From Trichoplax adhaerens (taxonomy: Eukaryota; Animalia; Placozoa), in assembly GCF_000150275.1 (NCBI RefSeq), contig NW_002060948.1:2472180-2536179 (forward strand): a DNA stretch of 64,000 nt, given 5' to 3'. A program made the position numbers and the translations under genes. The notes under the pieces were generated by a model. The model saw nothing but the letters and a program-made list of their open reading frames with translations, was not told the DNA's origin and searched no databases. Position 1 is the first letter of the stretch. Each line of letters opens with the position of its first letter. Shown piece after piece: positions 11,701 to 27,100 of the stretch.

Positions 11701-14700
11701 ATACGTCTGTTGCTTAAAACATTTATTTGCTGTTATCCTAGTTGAGCTAAGATTGAATATAAGAATACTCGGTTTTTCTTACTCTATGAAAGAAAGATCA
11801 ATCGATCTGGTAACCAGTAATACAAAATTACAAAACATATTAAAAGTTTATAATAGATGAATAGATCAATATTAGCAGTATTCGATTTACAATATACAGT
11901 ACACTATATTGTTTAGTTACAATCTCATATTTCTTAAATAATTGCACGTTATATATACGTGTACAGTATACTCGTATGTTATATGATACGATCAACATCG
12001 AACCTTTTATTGACTGTAGCATATATATATATATATAACTAATACATTAAAGCGTTTAACTATGCTGGGAAAATTTTAGTATTAAGAAATAATCATCCCG
12101 GAATATTAGGAAAATACTGGTAGTGTGCATGATAAATTTACTGTATCAGTCTGAAGCAGTACACTGTAAGCTAATGTACATTATACGTATTCGCATGTAT
12201 AACATTACTGAGTTTGAACACTAACATAATTACCGCATTTTCATTAGGTTGGAATTACAACTGTCATGATCCATACTTGCAGATCATAATTACTGTAATT
12301 AACATAATCATAAGAACACTATATGACAATTGAAATCTTCTTCAAGCAGTAAATAATTATCTACTGGTTGACTAGGATGACAAAAGATGTTCTACTGAAT
12401 TATCATTTAAATTGCAAATATACGCGGGCGTAACTTGAATGCACCATATCTGTGTTATCTTCTGGTTTGTATGAAGATTATTGATATCAAATCAGTGTAT
12501 TTACACTAATTAAAATTTCTGTAGAGCTACCGTACCTGATACTATTACTTGAAATGTCCAGATTCTAATATGAATTATGTAAAACTGCATATAAACTAAT
12601 ACTGTTTAGTTTCTATATGCTAATATTTACATAAAATGATATTCATACATAATATTAACACGTGATCGTATGCAATGTTATGTACGTCATGATGATAACT
12701 ACTTGTCAGCTCAAGTTCTTCATACAATCTCGCGTTGGCTAGAATAACTTAATCTACACTATATAGCAAATTTCCGCTAACTCAGTAGGCAACAGCCTTC
12801 GAATCCACTGTCCCAGTAAATTACAAGTTTACCCAAATAGGCGGTCACTACCCAGCGGATAATAGGGGCGCAATTAAATTACAGTTCTATTCGGCAAGGT
12901 ACTCAACGTATAGACGTTCATCACCAAATTTTTAAACTCTCTTATCCGAAGAAAGGACTGCTCTATCGTAAGTCAGGACTACATCATAATGATACGATAG
13001 ATTATCTCTAGTGAAGTACCTTAAAAAACATCTGTACGATACTGTAAAAGTTCATCTAATTCGTAACTTCATTTAATTCAAGGCAAAAAGCACATCATTT
13101 ACTTTATGAAGCTGGAACTGAAAGCTGACATGAAAATCTCATCATACTGACTAGCACGCAGCGTTATCATTTTAACATATAAAAATGGCCCATACAGGTA
13201 ATTCTGCAGACTATTTTTTTTAGCATCTTTGATAGCAACCAATTTTAAAATTTTTTGCTAAAAGCCATAGCGAAGAGTAAAACATGACTCGTATCGTACA
13301 CCAAACAACTTAGAACTTAATGACTATCAAGTACTGGTGTTGCAGTCTAAATTCTATATAAAATCAACGATTTTCTATTATAACCATGAAGAGTTCACAA
13401 CTCCTTAATACCTCTAGTAATGCTCTCGTTCCTTATCCATGTCCATAAAATAAAATGCAGGGGTTAGATCACACCGTATTGGCAATTATTAAGGTTGTAT
13501 CCGATCCTAATTTTGTATCGTCATAGCTAATTGAGATACCAATGCAACAAAGGTGTGATTCTCTTTTGACGTAATATGATATAGCTATATTTTCACCTTG
13601 ATTGGAGCAATGCAGACGAAGAAATAAAACTGGCATTTATAGGAATACATTCCCAGATCCACATAAAGAAGATCGCATCTTATACTCTGCCGTACAAATG
13701 CTCTCTCACTACTGACTGATTTAACGATAGTCTGAGATTGAAGTTACTAATCAGTTATTGGTTTGTCCATTTAACATTTTCTGTATGGGGCCCTCTCCAT
13801 CAGATCAAATTTTTAGTTGTTTCACGTGGTTGTAAATAGCCATCTGTGTAGTCTTTTCTATTAATTTCAATCCAGCTTACCTAAGGCATACTTTACAGTA
13901 ATGTAGCTTTTCATACGCAAGACATTTTTAAAATGTCATTGTACTGTACAGTGTACACGTGTGTACAATATCAAAAATCTGAGAAAATATTACACATTAT
14001 ACTTTATGTCATGCTCAAAGCTAACAGTAGAAACTGAATTTTAAACTTTCTTTGGCACGGAGTACTTTACAGGATATGAAATACATAGAGAATTTAATCA
14101 CGTTGCATTGTAAACTTTCAACCGAGGACAATTTACTCAGGCTTATACATATTTTGCTGTATAATAGCCAGTAATAACAAAGGACAATCCTCATATATTC
14201 CGCTATATCATTTATGTTTTCGAAATAATGCTCAAATGTATAGTATTTTTAGTGCTCTACCTATTTGTAAAAAATAGTTCCATTCATTGCTTGCGGCCAA
14301 TAGCAGTTTGATAAAGGATCGAAAAGCCTTAATCTAACTTAGTGCGACTAATCCAATATATTTGTAGGCAGTTGAGAGAAAGTGGAATAATTTCGTATAA
14401 GGTATAGTCAGCGTTGCTGTAGTTTAGTACTCTGCCCATTACCCCTTCATTTCTATTTCATTCGTAAAAGAATTGGCTCGTATTTATTTTTCGTACGGAA
14501 TTACAACCGATAGCCATGATAGAGAGTAAATCTAATTAAGTGCGATTTCATATACGTTTTTGCGGCAGTCTTGCCTGAACAACATCTTTAAATGCATACT
14601 TTTTGCGTTTGGCTTTAACGGCATGGCATCTGTCTATCCGCTCGTCTATATCATCTTATACCGATCATATCCGTATGTCTGTATATCTGATTACATATTT

Positions 14701-14879
14701 GTTTTACTAATGTCAACGACTACTGAATGGAACTACTCTGACAGTAGTCCCTGGTGCCTACAGTAACTTGACTAGGTTGGGCAGTATTGGGCACCAAGGC
14801 AGTCACTGTCCACACTAGAGTAGCAGAGTCGTAGTCCATAATTCCTTGGCACGGTAACTGTAAACGTTTGAAGTAGAGT

Positions 14880-15208
14880 GCACTTACTGCATCTGTTTAG
14901 GCAGTTAAATCTGTGTCGAATTGATGTCGAAAAAGTGTACTTGCAATAAAAGTCCTCTGCCTACTTGTACAATGTTGGTACTGCAGTGAGAAATTGTCAC
15001 TAAGAATATTCATTCTTCCAATTTATCAGTTATTAATCAACCGGGCACTTACTGCATCTGTTTATGCAGTTATATCTGTGTCGAATTGATGTCGAAAAAG
15101 TGTGCTTGCATAGAAGTCCCTGCCTACTTGTATAATGTTGGTACTGCAGTGAGAAGTTGTCATTGAGAATATTCATTCTTCCAATTCATCTGTTATTAAT
15201 CAACCGGG
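14880..15208. repeat. Tandem direct duplication, 2 x ~165 bp
   Basis: Copies at 14880-15044 and 15045-15208 both run gcacttactgcatctgttta...ttattaatcaaccgg, with scattered substitutions. Confidence 0.95.
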
Positions 15209-16095
15209 TTCAACTAGTTACAAGATTGAACCATTTTGCATCAATGGTTCTTATTGAACGCTTTCTATAGATGCACTACAGCATAATCGTATAGTTATTT
15301 CAAGAGGTCTCCGATGTTGACAGCAACTATACTGACTATCCAGTCAACAATGATGAACGTACTGGTACTACTGCTGTTATGACGACGCCTTATTCTTGTT
15401 TCTACGCGTGCTAACCATAAGGATACATGTACTATTTTTGCTTGGTAGTCGCTACTAAGGGTTTGATAATTGATGTAGTAGCCAACCTTAGAATTGTAAT
15501 CCTGAATTACTATCACAAAGTACTATAGCTATTCAAACAATTCATCATAGTTGAAAATATCTTCATTCCATTTGTAAATACGAATCATTAAGAATACGAA
15601 CAATGTCCATATCCGACATTGGAAGATTTCAATCATAATCTAGGCACTTGGCAACGTTTAAAATTCATATTTCAACACGTCAATAACATCAAAACCCTAT
15701 CTTGTTTTTCTAATAATCTTATTCCTACTGAGTATGTTGCTTAAGAATACCTTTATAATTAATTTGCGAATGGAGTAATAAAGAATCGCCGCTATCTCTT
15801 CGAAATTGATCTTAGTATCGTCAACAATACTCTCAAGCAGTACTGGCTAACGAACGTCAATTATCTCTTTTACCGGAGATAACGAATAGAAATTTAAAAT
15901 TTTCAGGAGTACTCCTTTTATCAATTTGTGACGGTGCACTGGATTGAGGCCTTTGTTTATTATGTCTAGAATATTTTTTCCAAGATATTTTATATGTAAA
16001 TTTATATGAATTATATTGCTTCGGTAACAATTGCTGCTCTAATACATTGATAGCAGTATTCTGATATCGTTTTATTGCTATCTTTACCGTTTTAG

Positions 16096-19000
16096 ATAGC
16101 AGTAGAGAAAACAAACCTTATAGTTTGATACCTGAAAATGGAAATGAATCCCATCAATTGCTTCATGAAGGCACCGACGAAGAAGTGGTAAGATCATGTA
16201 GCCATACCGTCCGAAAGAGATCATGTTTATCGTTAATCCATAACATCTACGATAAAGATCTCTTTTAACATTGTAAACATTCTATCCAAATCGATACAGT
16301 ATAAATTCAATTACATATTTATAGCGAAGATCAATTAAACATTATTCAATAAATTATATTCTCAATCTAATAAAATTATTATTTCACTCATTCCGATCAC
16401 TTTCACTGGCGAACATTTTTACTTATCTTTGCATACTGTATACGATGGCCACAATTAAAATGAAAGATATGCTATGGGAGTAAAATTGATTACAAAAAGG
16501 TAACGTATATTCTTTTAGATGATACTTTGATATAAACTAGAGCAATTCTTGATCAAGTTGTGTTTAAAATATTGTTTCATAATACACGTAAAATAATTAT
16601 CTAATCTGTGATTCAGTACTTTGTATATCATTATTATGAGTACGAATTATTACTAGCAGATTATGTTTATTATAAAGGGCGTAGAAATATAAATGTTTTC
16701 TCGGTACCTGAACTTACAATTTCACACTAACATTATTCGTTGCAAATATTACATTCTAAATATACCACTTTCAGTCTAATATATGACAAGACTTCGTTCA
16801 ATGTTCAATTCTTCTGCTGAAATAGCCATATAAATTTTGATTGCAGACCTTTTTGTATTACCTTTGTTGTTTACTTTCCTGTGGCTTCTTTGTTCTTGTG
16901 GGGTATTGGCGTCCGGATTGGAGGCATAAATGGACTCATAGTATGTGCCCATTTCAAGAAGCTGATTCCGTTTTCATCAAGGTCAGCGCATGTTAACTTT
17001 CTATTAATACAATGAATCTATATTTACAAAATTACAAATTTGCTACTATCTATCCGAGGCTAGTTTTACATATCGTGGGAAATGTTAGGCATATACTTTA
17101 TTGCTCTTACTAGATATTCATAGCTAATTTTATCCATTGTATTCACCTTACAAAGCATATCTCTGATAAACCCATTTACCTTTAGGACCAGTACAATCGT
17201 TGGTACCCTGCTAAAATCCTACAACTAGTGGACAATACTAGAAGGTATCACATACCTCTAGCGTTATTTTAATTATTATACTTATACCAAACAGTTAATC
17301 ACTATAGCAAATAAACATCTGAATATATACATGCCGTACATACATGCACATTATATATAGACAGGCTATCTGGAACTTATAAACTGATTTATTCATCTAC
17401 AATGCAATCTGGATATCATGTTCATACAATATTTATACCCAAAATTCATGACGACCAAACTAATGTATTACTCTTATTAACTATAATGCAATAGCCTTAG
17501 TATAGATTTTACGATCATGTTTAGATTTATTAATGATATCCCACATACTCCCTAATAGAGAGAATTCAAATGGAAAACAGATGATACACGAAACAAATGA
17601 TGATCCCACGGATGCCCTTGGGAATGGTACAAATGTAAGCTAACTATTTCAAAATTGTTTTTCACTGCAAGTCACCCTAACTCAATTTTTTTACCTCCTG
17701 TTACATAGCCCTTGGATGTCAAATATTTCAAATTTCATTGTCTCCGCTATTTTTGGAATCCGCAAATTCAACATTTTACGGTTCTTAGGTATATCTTCTT
17801 ACAATAAAGTTACTCCAATAGCAACATTTTAGTTCGTAGATAGTAGTAGCGTATACAGACCGCAGACTTTATGTATGAACAAATAAATTAGCCTGTAGCT
17901 TATTTGAATGAAACATGATTATTGAATTAGTACTTAACGGAAAAATATATGCTTTATGTTGTGAATATTGTATAACAGGGGCCTTGATCGCAATTTTACG
18001 TGCCGCGAGATTTACGACCGTTTCTCGCGTGGACTTGATAATCATCAAGCTGGTAGAAGGTATGATCCTCGATCGTACTTTAAATTGATTTAAAAAAATT
18101 CTATTTTCGTTCACTGTATTATGGACCATATCGTATGAAATCATCTCATTTATTTTGCATAGGGCAATCATATATGAGCAGAACTTAATCGATGTCAAAG
18201 TTAAAAGTTACATTCGTTTACTTTTTGAAGTGGTAAGGTTCTGGATTCTAATATATTCTGCCACCGATATAAACTCGTAGAAATCGTAGAATCATCTCAT
18301 CGGACATACCGTATATCTAAACCTGCTTATTCATACTAGGCATTAAATCCATTCTATGTCTTCCAAGTATTCAGCGTAACATTATGGTTCTTTGATGACT
18401 ACTACTATTACGCAGGATGCATTGTATTTGTATCAGTAGTATCCATCGCCATAACCTTGGTGCAAACTCGCCGGGTGAGAATAGTTTGTGACTGGATATC
18501 TATACTTCATAATCTATGCATTTATAAGCTTATATAATTTCCTGACGTAAAAATACTGTATTTATCAAAATTATGACAACAGAATCGTGTCCGCCTTAGA
18601 AATATGGTCGCAACATCATCAAATATTCAAGTGATAAGGAACCATTCCGGTAGCCAACAATCTAAATAAAATTTTTTTCTCAACGTAGCAAGTTTTATAT
18701 TAAAATTATTTCTGAAATATACAGGTGACCCTGAAAATGTATCTAGTACTGAAATTGTCCCGGGCGACGTTATTGTCATTCCGCCTGATGGAATACGGAT
18801 GGAATGCGATGCTGTTTTAATTAGCGGTTCCTGTGTTGTTAATGAAAGCTCGTTAACAGGTTTTCATACTAAATGATATGATTACTTTTATTGATAATTT
18901 TAATTACGTACAGTTTTTCATCTATGCAATATTCAAGTTAGTTATAACAGATATCATTATGCGGTACATAATTTTATACGCAATATAGGCGAGAGTAATC

Positions 19001-22000
19001 CCGTGCTAAAAACACAACTGATTAGTGACGGTGCTGATGCTGATAACGTTTACTACCCGAACCTTCACAAACAACATTCTCTTTTTGCTGGAACGCAAGT
19101 TTTGCAAGCCCGTTCATACAGTTCTTCTCTTGTAACTGCACTGGTTATACGCACAGGTCAGAGATTATCGTAACGTCTTGATAAAATTCTAAATTTTAAG
19201 AAGTGTTGCGTTTGCCCACTCTGATAGGATTTTATAGTATGAAGGGTAATCTCGTGCGTAGTATTCTTTATCCTAAGCCCATGAACCTAAAGTTGTACCG
19301 TGACGCAATTGGATTTGTAGGCTGCTTAGCTTTTTTAGGTAATTAAAAATTATTGTATACTCGGTAGCCCATATCATCGTAAGCATTATGATTTGCGTTA
19401 ATATATTTAAGCTGATTCTCTGTGAACTAAAATTGCTTTTTTAAATATCTTTGATCTAGCGCTCATTGGTTTGATTTATAGCATCGTAACTCTTATTATT
19501 GATGGGGTATTTATAAATGATTATCTCCTTTTCTACTTACATATATAAATATCTTCAAGTGCGTTCTGCATTATTCATACATAGGTAACGCCAGGCGAAG
19601 TTATTAAGCGAGCATTGGACATGATCACAATTGCTGTTCCACCAGCTCTACCAGCCGCGGTTTCGATTGGAACTGTCTATGCCACGAATCGACTTAGAGT
19701 AAGAGGCATTTTTTGCATCAATCCTTCAAGGTACTTACTACTTTAATTTTTAAAATCTGAAGCTTTAAGCTGTCAACTTACGTAGATGTTCATAAAACAA
19801 ACTTTAACAGCATTCTTTAAAATTTTAATTTCGCAAAGGATCAATTTGAGTGGTAAACTCAATTTGGTTTGTTTCGATAAGGTAAGAGCGCATGTGTTAT
19901 TTGCATACTCTAGAAACAATTCCCAGTTTTGTGATAATTAAATCCTTCCTTAAGACCGGAACGTTAACAGAAGACTTCTTGGAATTTTGGGGAGTAAGCA
20001 GCGTTAAACAAGGACGGTTAGACATCAATCAACTATAATTTTAACTTTTTATAATATTTATTAAGGGAATTGTTAATCAACGTTGTGAAACGATGTCTTT
20101 TAGCTTTAGGGAAATATTGACTGATATTAAATCTAATCCAGCTGATAAGCTAGCGGTTACGATGGCAACTTGCCATTCATTAACAGTTCTTAAAGGTGAT
20201 GTGTGTGGTGACCCCTTAGATATGCAAATGTTCCAAGCAACGCAATGGGTAGGAAACTTAAATTGGCTTTAGCAATCTTCTTGCGTTAGTTAGCGTTACT
20301 GGTATGAGACACAGATCTTAACTTCTCGATACATTAACATCACAGACCTTAGACGAAAGTGCTGACGATCATCAAAAGTACGATACCGTTATTCAAGCAA
20401 GCGTAAAACCTCCAAGTTCTACACCCACAACCAGTCAGGTAGCGTCTTAATTTCTTCAGAACTACCAGCAACCTATTCACACCGTCATCGCTCAAATATT
20501 TGCTTCCCCAATATGCATTCATATCTGGCCCACATACTTGCTGATAGAGTAGCTATTTTATTCTTTCCTTTATTCGTTATTTTAGAACCAATTTGAATAT
20601 GGGATTTTGAAACGCTACGCTTTCACCTCTGACTTGAAGCGCATGTCAGTGCTCATTCGTAAGTTAGGAGCTGGCAACCTAGAATTAGTTATGAAAGGAG
20701 CCCCCGAAACAGTAATACAATATTGTAACAGCAGTTCAGGTACGTTGATACCAATAAATGTAATTCTGTTAATGATGGCATTTTATTGCCTTTCATAGAA
20801 AAGATTCTTATCATACATTCTACTGTAGTCCCTGACGATTTCTCTCAAACGTTGGAGTCACTTACGGAACAAGGTTACAGAGTGCTCGGTTTGGCTCATA
20901 GATCTTTAGATTCAAAACTTTCATGGCGATCTGCTCAAAAACTCTCACGGTAATATTTTTACGATGCCGCTTGCAAGGATAGCTGTTATAAGTTTTGCTT
21001 TCTATTTATAGACAAGACTTGGAAGAAAATATGACCTTCCTCGGTTTACTGATTATGCAAAACAAATTGAAGCCTGAAACATCTGGAATAATAGAAGAAC
21101 TAGCTGAAGCGAATATTAGGACTGTTATGATTACTGGTAAAATAGTTTATATCATTGATTTTGATTACAAAGTTTTAACTCTCAATGCATCAAAATCCAA
21201 CATTACAGGTGATAATCTGAAAACTGCTGTCAATATTGCTCGAGAATGTGAAATGATACAACCAAATGAAAATGTTGTACATTTAATTGCTAAAGAACCT
21301 ACGACCTCTCAAACTGAACCAACTGTCACATGGAATCTCTTAAAGAAAAGTGGGAATGCACCGGTAAAGATTTCCATAAAATATGATAGTAGTTAATTCA
21401 TAGTTGAAAGATAGTGACAATAGTAGCAATTGTATAGTAACTGTAAATTAATTCTAGGTTCTTTCAAGTGCCCAATATTATCGCCCTACAAGCGATCGGA
21501 TCGCATGTACTGGTGACACTGTTTCAGTAATTCAAAAATATTTACCAAATATGCTTGAAAAGGTCAGCTAAGCAACACGGATATTATTGTTATTTATCTA
21601 TCATATCACGCTCTTCACATGCATCTTCTTTAATGTTGGTCAGGTGCTTATTCAAGGAACTATTTTTGCTCGAACATCACCAAAACAGAAAGCTGAACTT
21701 GTAGAAGGCTTCCAAAATCTAGGGTAACTAACAGTTATGGATTTATGATATTCCGGTATGATAATAAATTTTGCTCTGACGGAGTCTCGTTGGAAATCTA
21801 TTGTTAACGTAATTCTCCACTTAAATTTAAGATACTACGTTGGAATGTGCGGCGATGGAGCTAATGATTGCGGAGTTAGAAAATACTAATAAATTCGTAC
21901 TTTAAAGATATTAAAGAATAACGTCATATGTAATTAATTCGACTTAGGCTTTAAATACTGCTCATGCCGGAATATCCCTTTCGGAGGCTGAGGCTTCCGT

Positions 22001-24130
22001 AGCATCACCATTTACCTCGAAAGTATGAAATACTTGTCGCTACTTTCCAAGTTATTCCTATAATGTGATTCTGTATACTGTAACACAATATTCTTACTCT
22101 TCTGAACTAAATTTGACATTTCATAATTCTAGGTTCCCAATATTTCATGCGTTTCTACACTGATTAGGTAAACCTACTGTGTAAGACTAGTTAGCATTTA
22201 AGACATATATTTACGTCCGGTTGATTGTAATCTGTTATCATTATTCAAAAGTTCTCAGAGTTTTAGAAGTTTAAAGTCACTAAGTGGAAAACATTAATTG
22301 ATACTTTTAGGGAAGGTCGCGCTGCATTAATAACCGCTTTTGGCGTGTTCAAATACATGGCTTTGTATAGCATCATACAGTTTACAACAGTGATGATTTT
22401 ATACTGGGTAATAATTAAGCATCAGTCGAATCCTTTTACTTTAATAATGCTAATTACTGGACCTTTTCAATTTTATTAGTACGTTGCTAACCTTGGGGAC
22501 TTCCAGTTCCTGTTCATTGATTTATTCATTATTCTTTCCATTGCACTCGTCAGTAAGTATAATTGGCTACTATAGCAGTGGTAATAGTATCTTCATAGAC
22601 AACTTATTGTAGCTCTATGTATAGTATGATGCTTTTAGTATTGGAACATTCGCCACATTTCATGCATGCCTCATCGATATGATGGGATTCAAATCAAGAT
22701 ATGCTCTGCTAATGCCAAAATATTGCTTAATTTTAGTGAGTAGAACTGAAGCATTTCCGTTGATATCAAAACAACGTCCAAACAGTTCGCTAACCAGCTT
22801 TGAAACCTTATCTTCGCTTTTCGCCCATGTCATAGTTACTGTTGCAAGCCAAACTTTGGTTTACTTCTACTTAGCATCACAGCCATGGTACACAGTCTTT
22901 AATCAGCTTAATCGAAAGCAATTATATAGTATACTATAACTTGCATCATTTAACGATATCTAACGTTAACCTTCCATAAATGAAACAATTTTAGGTACGT
23001 AGAAAATGTGGATACGGTTAATGGTTCAACGTATGTTCAATGCTACGAAACGACAACGTTATTTTATTTCACTAACTATCAGTATATATGGATAGCTGTT
23101 GTCTTTTCTAAAGGTCCTCCGTTTCGTAAAAGAATTTACACTAATTGTAAGCATTCGTATCTTATTTAATATTCATGAGTATTATGCCTAACATCATATA
23201 CAATATACTGTAATCATTCTACCGAAATTCAATAAGTAAGCTTAAATGGACGCACTATTTTGATAACCACCTTCATCTAGGGGCTTATTTATTCGTGTTG
23301 ATAAGCCTACTGGCCATTGCTACAGTATTCATCCTTCACCCTGGCAGTGCCTCTGTCACGTTCGAGGTACTAAACTAATTTATCTATTGTAATTGCTATA
23401 TTTTGCAACTGTTGCTATAAGGCAATTGTTAAATCTGCCTTTTGCCAATAATCTCATATCTTTGCTGCCAATAAGCAAGCAATTTTACTATAAAAATACG
23501 CGTAGTGGTATTTTGATATTTTTCAGTCTTGAACTACTTATCAAGATTAATACTCCATTACAATTATAAGTTTATTTTAGTCGAATCACGGGTGGATATA
23601 ATTATATTACAGTGTGTGAGCTGGTCTGTAATAAACTGTCGTTATCATTACTACAATAAATTTATAAGGTCATGACGATCTAATGACAATCGTACATAAA
23701 AAATTGAATTCTAACACAATTTTATATTATAGCTAAAAGCCATTACTGATATAACCTTCAAAGTATGCCTAATCCTATTGGGTATTGCGTATTTTTGCGT
23801 TTGTTTTCTACTGGAGGTAGGCTTATATTGCAGTACAATTAAGCGTCTTACGCAAAATTGTTGGCTGGCATAAAAGGCAGCAGTCATAGATGTTGTTTAT
23901 TTAAGTAATATACTTCAAATTTGAACTAGGAATTCTTGATTACGGCTCCCTATTGGAGGCCGTTTTGGTCTTGCATTAAATGTACACGTAGAAGGCCGAA
24001 AAAATTTGAGCAATTAGAAAGTAGCCTTATCGAAGAAGCATGGCCACCTGCCAGCAATTTCAATAACCCTACCGTAACATCAAATCCCCAAAAGAAGATA
24101 ATTCGATACCACTATGAAAGTCAGATTTGA
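16096..24130 (+). CDS. ATP13A: P5B-type ATPase (ATP13A2/ATP13A3-like, putative polyamine transporter); start-codon exon lies upstream and is not fixed
   Basis: About 35 short exons with canonical GT-AG boundaries (e.g. 16096-16187, 16467-16499, 16847-16981, 18340-18474, 18725-18859, 18989-19156; last exon ~23930-24130). Motifs: [15 protein letters not shown]|ES, P5B signature VPPALPAA (~19636), CFDK|TGTLTED (19871-19975), GDPLD, MKGAPE, MITG|[36 protein letters not shown]. Confidence 0.95.
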
Positions 24131-27100
24131 TTTCATATGACTTAGCACTTAGCACTCAAATCAACTACGTACATGATTCACTGTAATTATATACTACTAC
24201 ATACTGTATTTGTTTTATTAAGACTTGATTAGCGTTGAATTCGTATTTCTAAATTTTTGTAATAACGCTAAAATTTTGTTATAATTCAAAATAGACAAAA
24301 GCTTATATTCACTTAATGACCTAATGTGTGTTTAGGGTTTGCAATAATTTCTTTTCTATCTAGTTTTATTCGTAATTTAAAATTTAATTAAATTAAATCT
24401 GGACATGGTCATGGATCAGCGTTGATCCCTAATCATTTTATTTTAATTAATTGTAAGCACTGTCTTTCACATTTTCTAGTAACTCGTATCTGCAACTAAT
24501 TTCTTAATATAGTGATCATCTCTTCAGTTAACTCTTATTGCAGTTCATGACGTATTCCCATGTGTGCACAGCTTAATTTAGTAGACTTTTAAAACTATTA
24601 GCAATGCTCGTATAAAGCGATGCCTGCTACCTAACAACAGTATGGTATGAAGAATTTAGTCATTTGAAAGATGTGGTAGACCTAAATGTATATAATTAAA
24701 ATTAAGAGCGATTATACTCCAATCAGGTATCTACTTACGCAAATTAAAGAGATCTGTTAATAGAAAACAAGAGATAAGACTCAACCATCACGCTGGTCGC
24801 TAAGCCAGCTGACTCTATTATCATCAGTAATTATACTGTAATAGGACATTTTGAATTCGAAGTTCTAATGCATAATCCTTTCTGCTGATCTATCCTTTAG
24901 TAGATAATTACAATTAATCTATAGGCTTCAGTACTGGTACAGTATATATTACTTTCCTATTTTACTGCATGGCAACTACTAGGTTAATTTTATGTATTTT
25001 TATGTAGTCCTTGTTTTTGGCTACCCTTCTTGTACCTCACTTTAGAGCGACACTGTATACTGACTGTCGCACGTTAAGTGCAAAGTAATGTATACGTATT
25101 ATTTTAAAGGATGCAAATTACCGCAGGATCATTAATCCGCAACCCTCTCTGCTTTTCAAATCTCCCCGGCGTTGCAACGCCCTGTAGCTAGTACAGTACT
25201 AATGCTGTCGTGCTTTTGCTGTATTCTATGTCACAGGTATTATATTATTAATCTACTGCACGTAACATTTTGAAACTTTGAAAGTCTTAACCATGTCATC
25301 GACTACTAAATGATCCACTTTAATAGTCCATGACCAATCGATCATGCCTACGTAGAGCCGTGACTGCTAGGTTTTCTCCTATTTTTAGTAGTCACTGTAT
25401 AGATCCCCAACCCTCACTGCCTTTTTAGAAACTCCCGATTCTGATAGCTTGCCCACAACGATTGATTGTTCTGCAGAGTGTCTGTAGAATCTACAGTACA
25501 GTATGTCTTTCTAACCCTTGAAAATCCTAACCTTCCTGTGTTCTGTGTCATCGCAAAATACTGTACTACTCTTAGCACTTTCGAAATGTCAATACAAGCC
25601 GTTCTACAAGTCTAATTTAGTGTAAATTAAGGAGCACTAAGCTAGTTCACTCTGCCTAAAATAGCGACTACTCGACGATTTTTTGCACTGTACTATAACC
25701 ACTGTCGTATTATTCTCATACGTAATAGTTCTAGTCGATCCTTCGCTCGCTCTACTTCGTGTACTGAACTTGTACCTTTTACTTTACACTATCATTGTCA
25801 CTGCTAATGTATGAATTAATTATTAATTAATTGTAAGACTTTTTAAGTTAAAAGTGAATTTAAAAGCTCGTAGGCGGCATCAACATGTCTCAGTAACTAG
25901 AGTATGATTGGCTTAGAGTGAGAGATGGCAATCATGCCGGGCTTAGGGTCACTCACTCGGAAGAGCCATAGTAAATGCGGAATTAGGTAAGAAAATCTAT
26001 AGGCTGAATTAGACTTCGTCTTAAGATTAGGAAGGATAATTTGGCTAACGTATTTGTCAACATGTTGTAATGAAGGATATAAAAGGTTGACTTTTTTAGG
26101 CGGGAATGCAATCTAAGGTCTAGCTGTGCACCAATTACGTTGTCTAAATTTCAATACTGTAATATTGAACACTAAAATTAAGTAGTAAAACTGTTTGTAT
26201 CTGCTCAAATTGGGAGATAATTGATCAACTGACCTTTCCATAATAATAGGGATAGAAATAGTACATATTGCAACTCATTATCAACATAGAGATTTCCATA
26301 TCTGGACGATGCTCTACGAGTAGATCATTACTTTTCGGTTGTAATACTGGAAAGGTAAGATGAAAATGTTAAATAACCTACACCAATTTATACATTGCCA
26401 TAATGGCAATAAATTTCACTTCTTATTAAATGAAATATTACTTTATATCAAGTGATTAAAAGATTTCAACTGATTAAAAGGAAAAGTATTTTGCTCGTGC
26501 CTCTTACACTAACTCCTTGAATGTTTGTAAGTACCGTCAAAAAGTAGAAGAAAACTACATATGACGACATCATTAATACCTTACCAGGACTCTATTTCTG
26601 TACAGCCGTTCCTTTAAGTACGGTTTTTTAGATAAATCCCGCCCAGGCCATGGACTTCAGATGCTAACATTTAAAACTGCTAAGCCAATGATTTAAGCAT
26701 TTTATGGCATAAGAGAAAAATATAGATCATTTAACGTATTCATTCAACGAAGCAGACCTACAGTGCAGTACTATAAAAGCGTTCTGGAGGCGTTAACTCG
26801 CACTTAGCCGTGAACATATCGAAACGGACAATTTATTGCGCCTAGAACCTACTACAGTAGTTGATCCTTATTCTTACATTAGGGCGAACTTACTAATACA
26901 GTATACATATAATCTGCCCACATATCGCTAGTCGTCACGAAAGCGTCGACAAACTGTCCAGACGAAAATTACTTTAAAAGGATGAAAACGACAGACTATG
27001 TGTGACAGGCTGTCTTTTAAGTAAAAACAACGTAGGAGTTTCATACTATATATTAATGTACTCGCTGTAATGCAGATACTCTTCTTTAAAACTAAATCAA

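Noticed and set aside
14880-15208. Tandem repeats (also 30732 and 42059) considered as a CRISPR array or LTRs
   Set aside because: Only two abutting copies, with no spacers, cas genes, internal ORF or TG..CA termini, in a eukaryotic context.
17869-18198. 109-aa minus-strand ORF
   Set aside because: Antisense shadow of ATP13A exons and introns.
25121-25134. ccgcaggatcatta resembling the 18S rRNA 3' end
   Set aside because: Only ~9 nt match and there is no flanking rRNA sequence.
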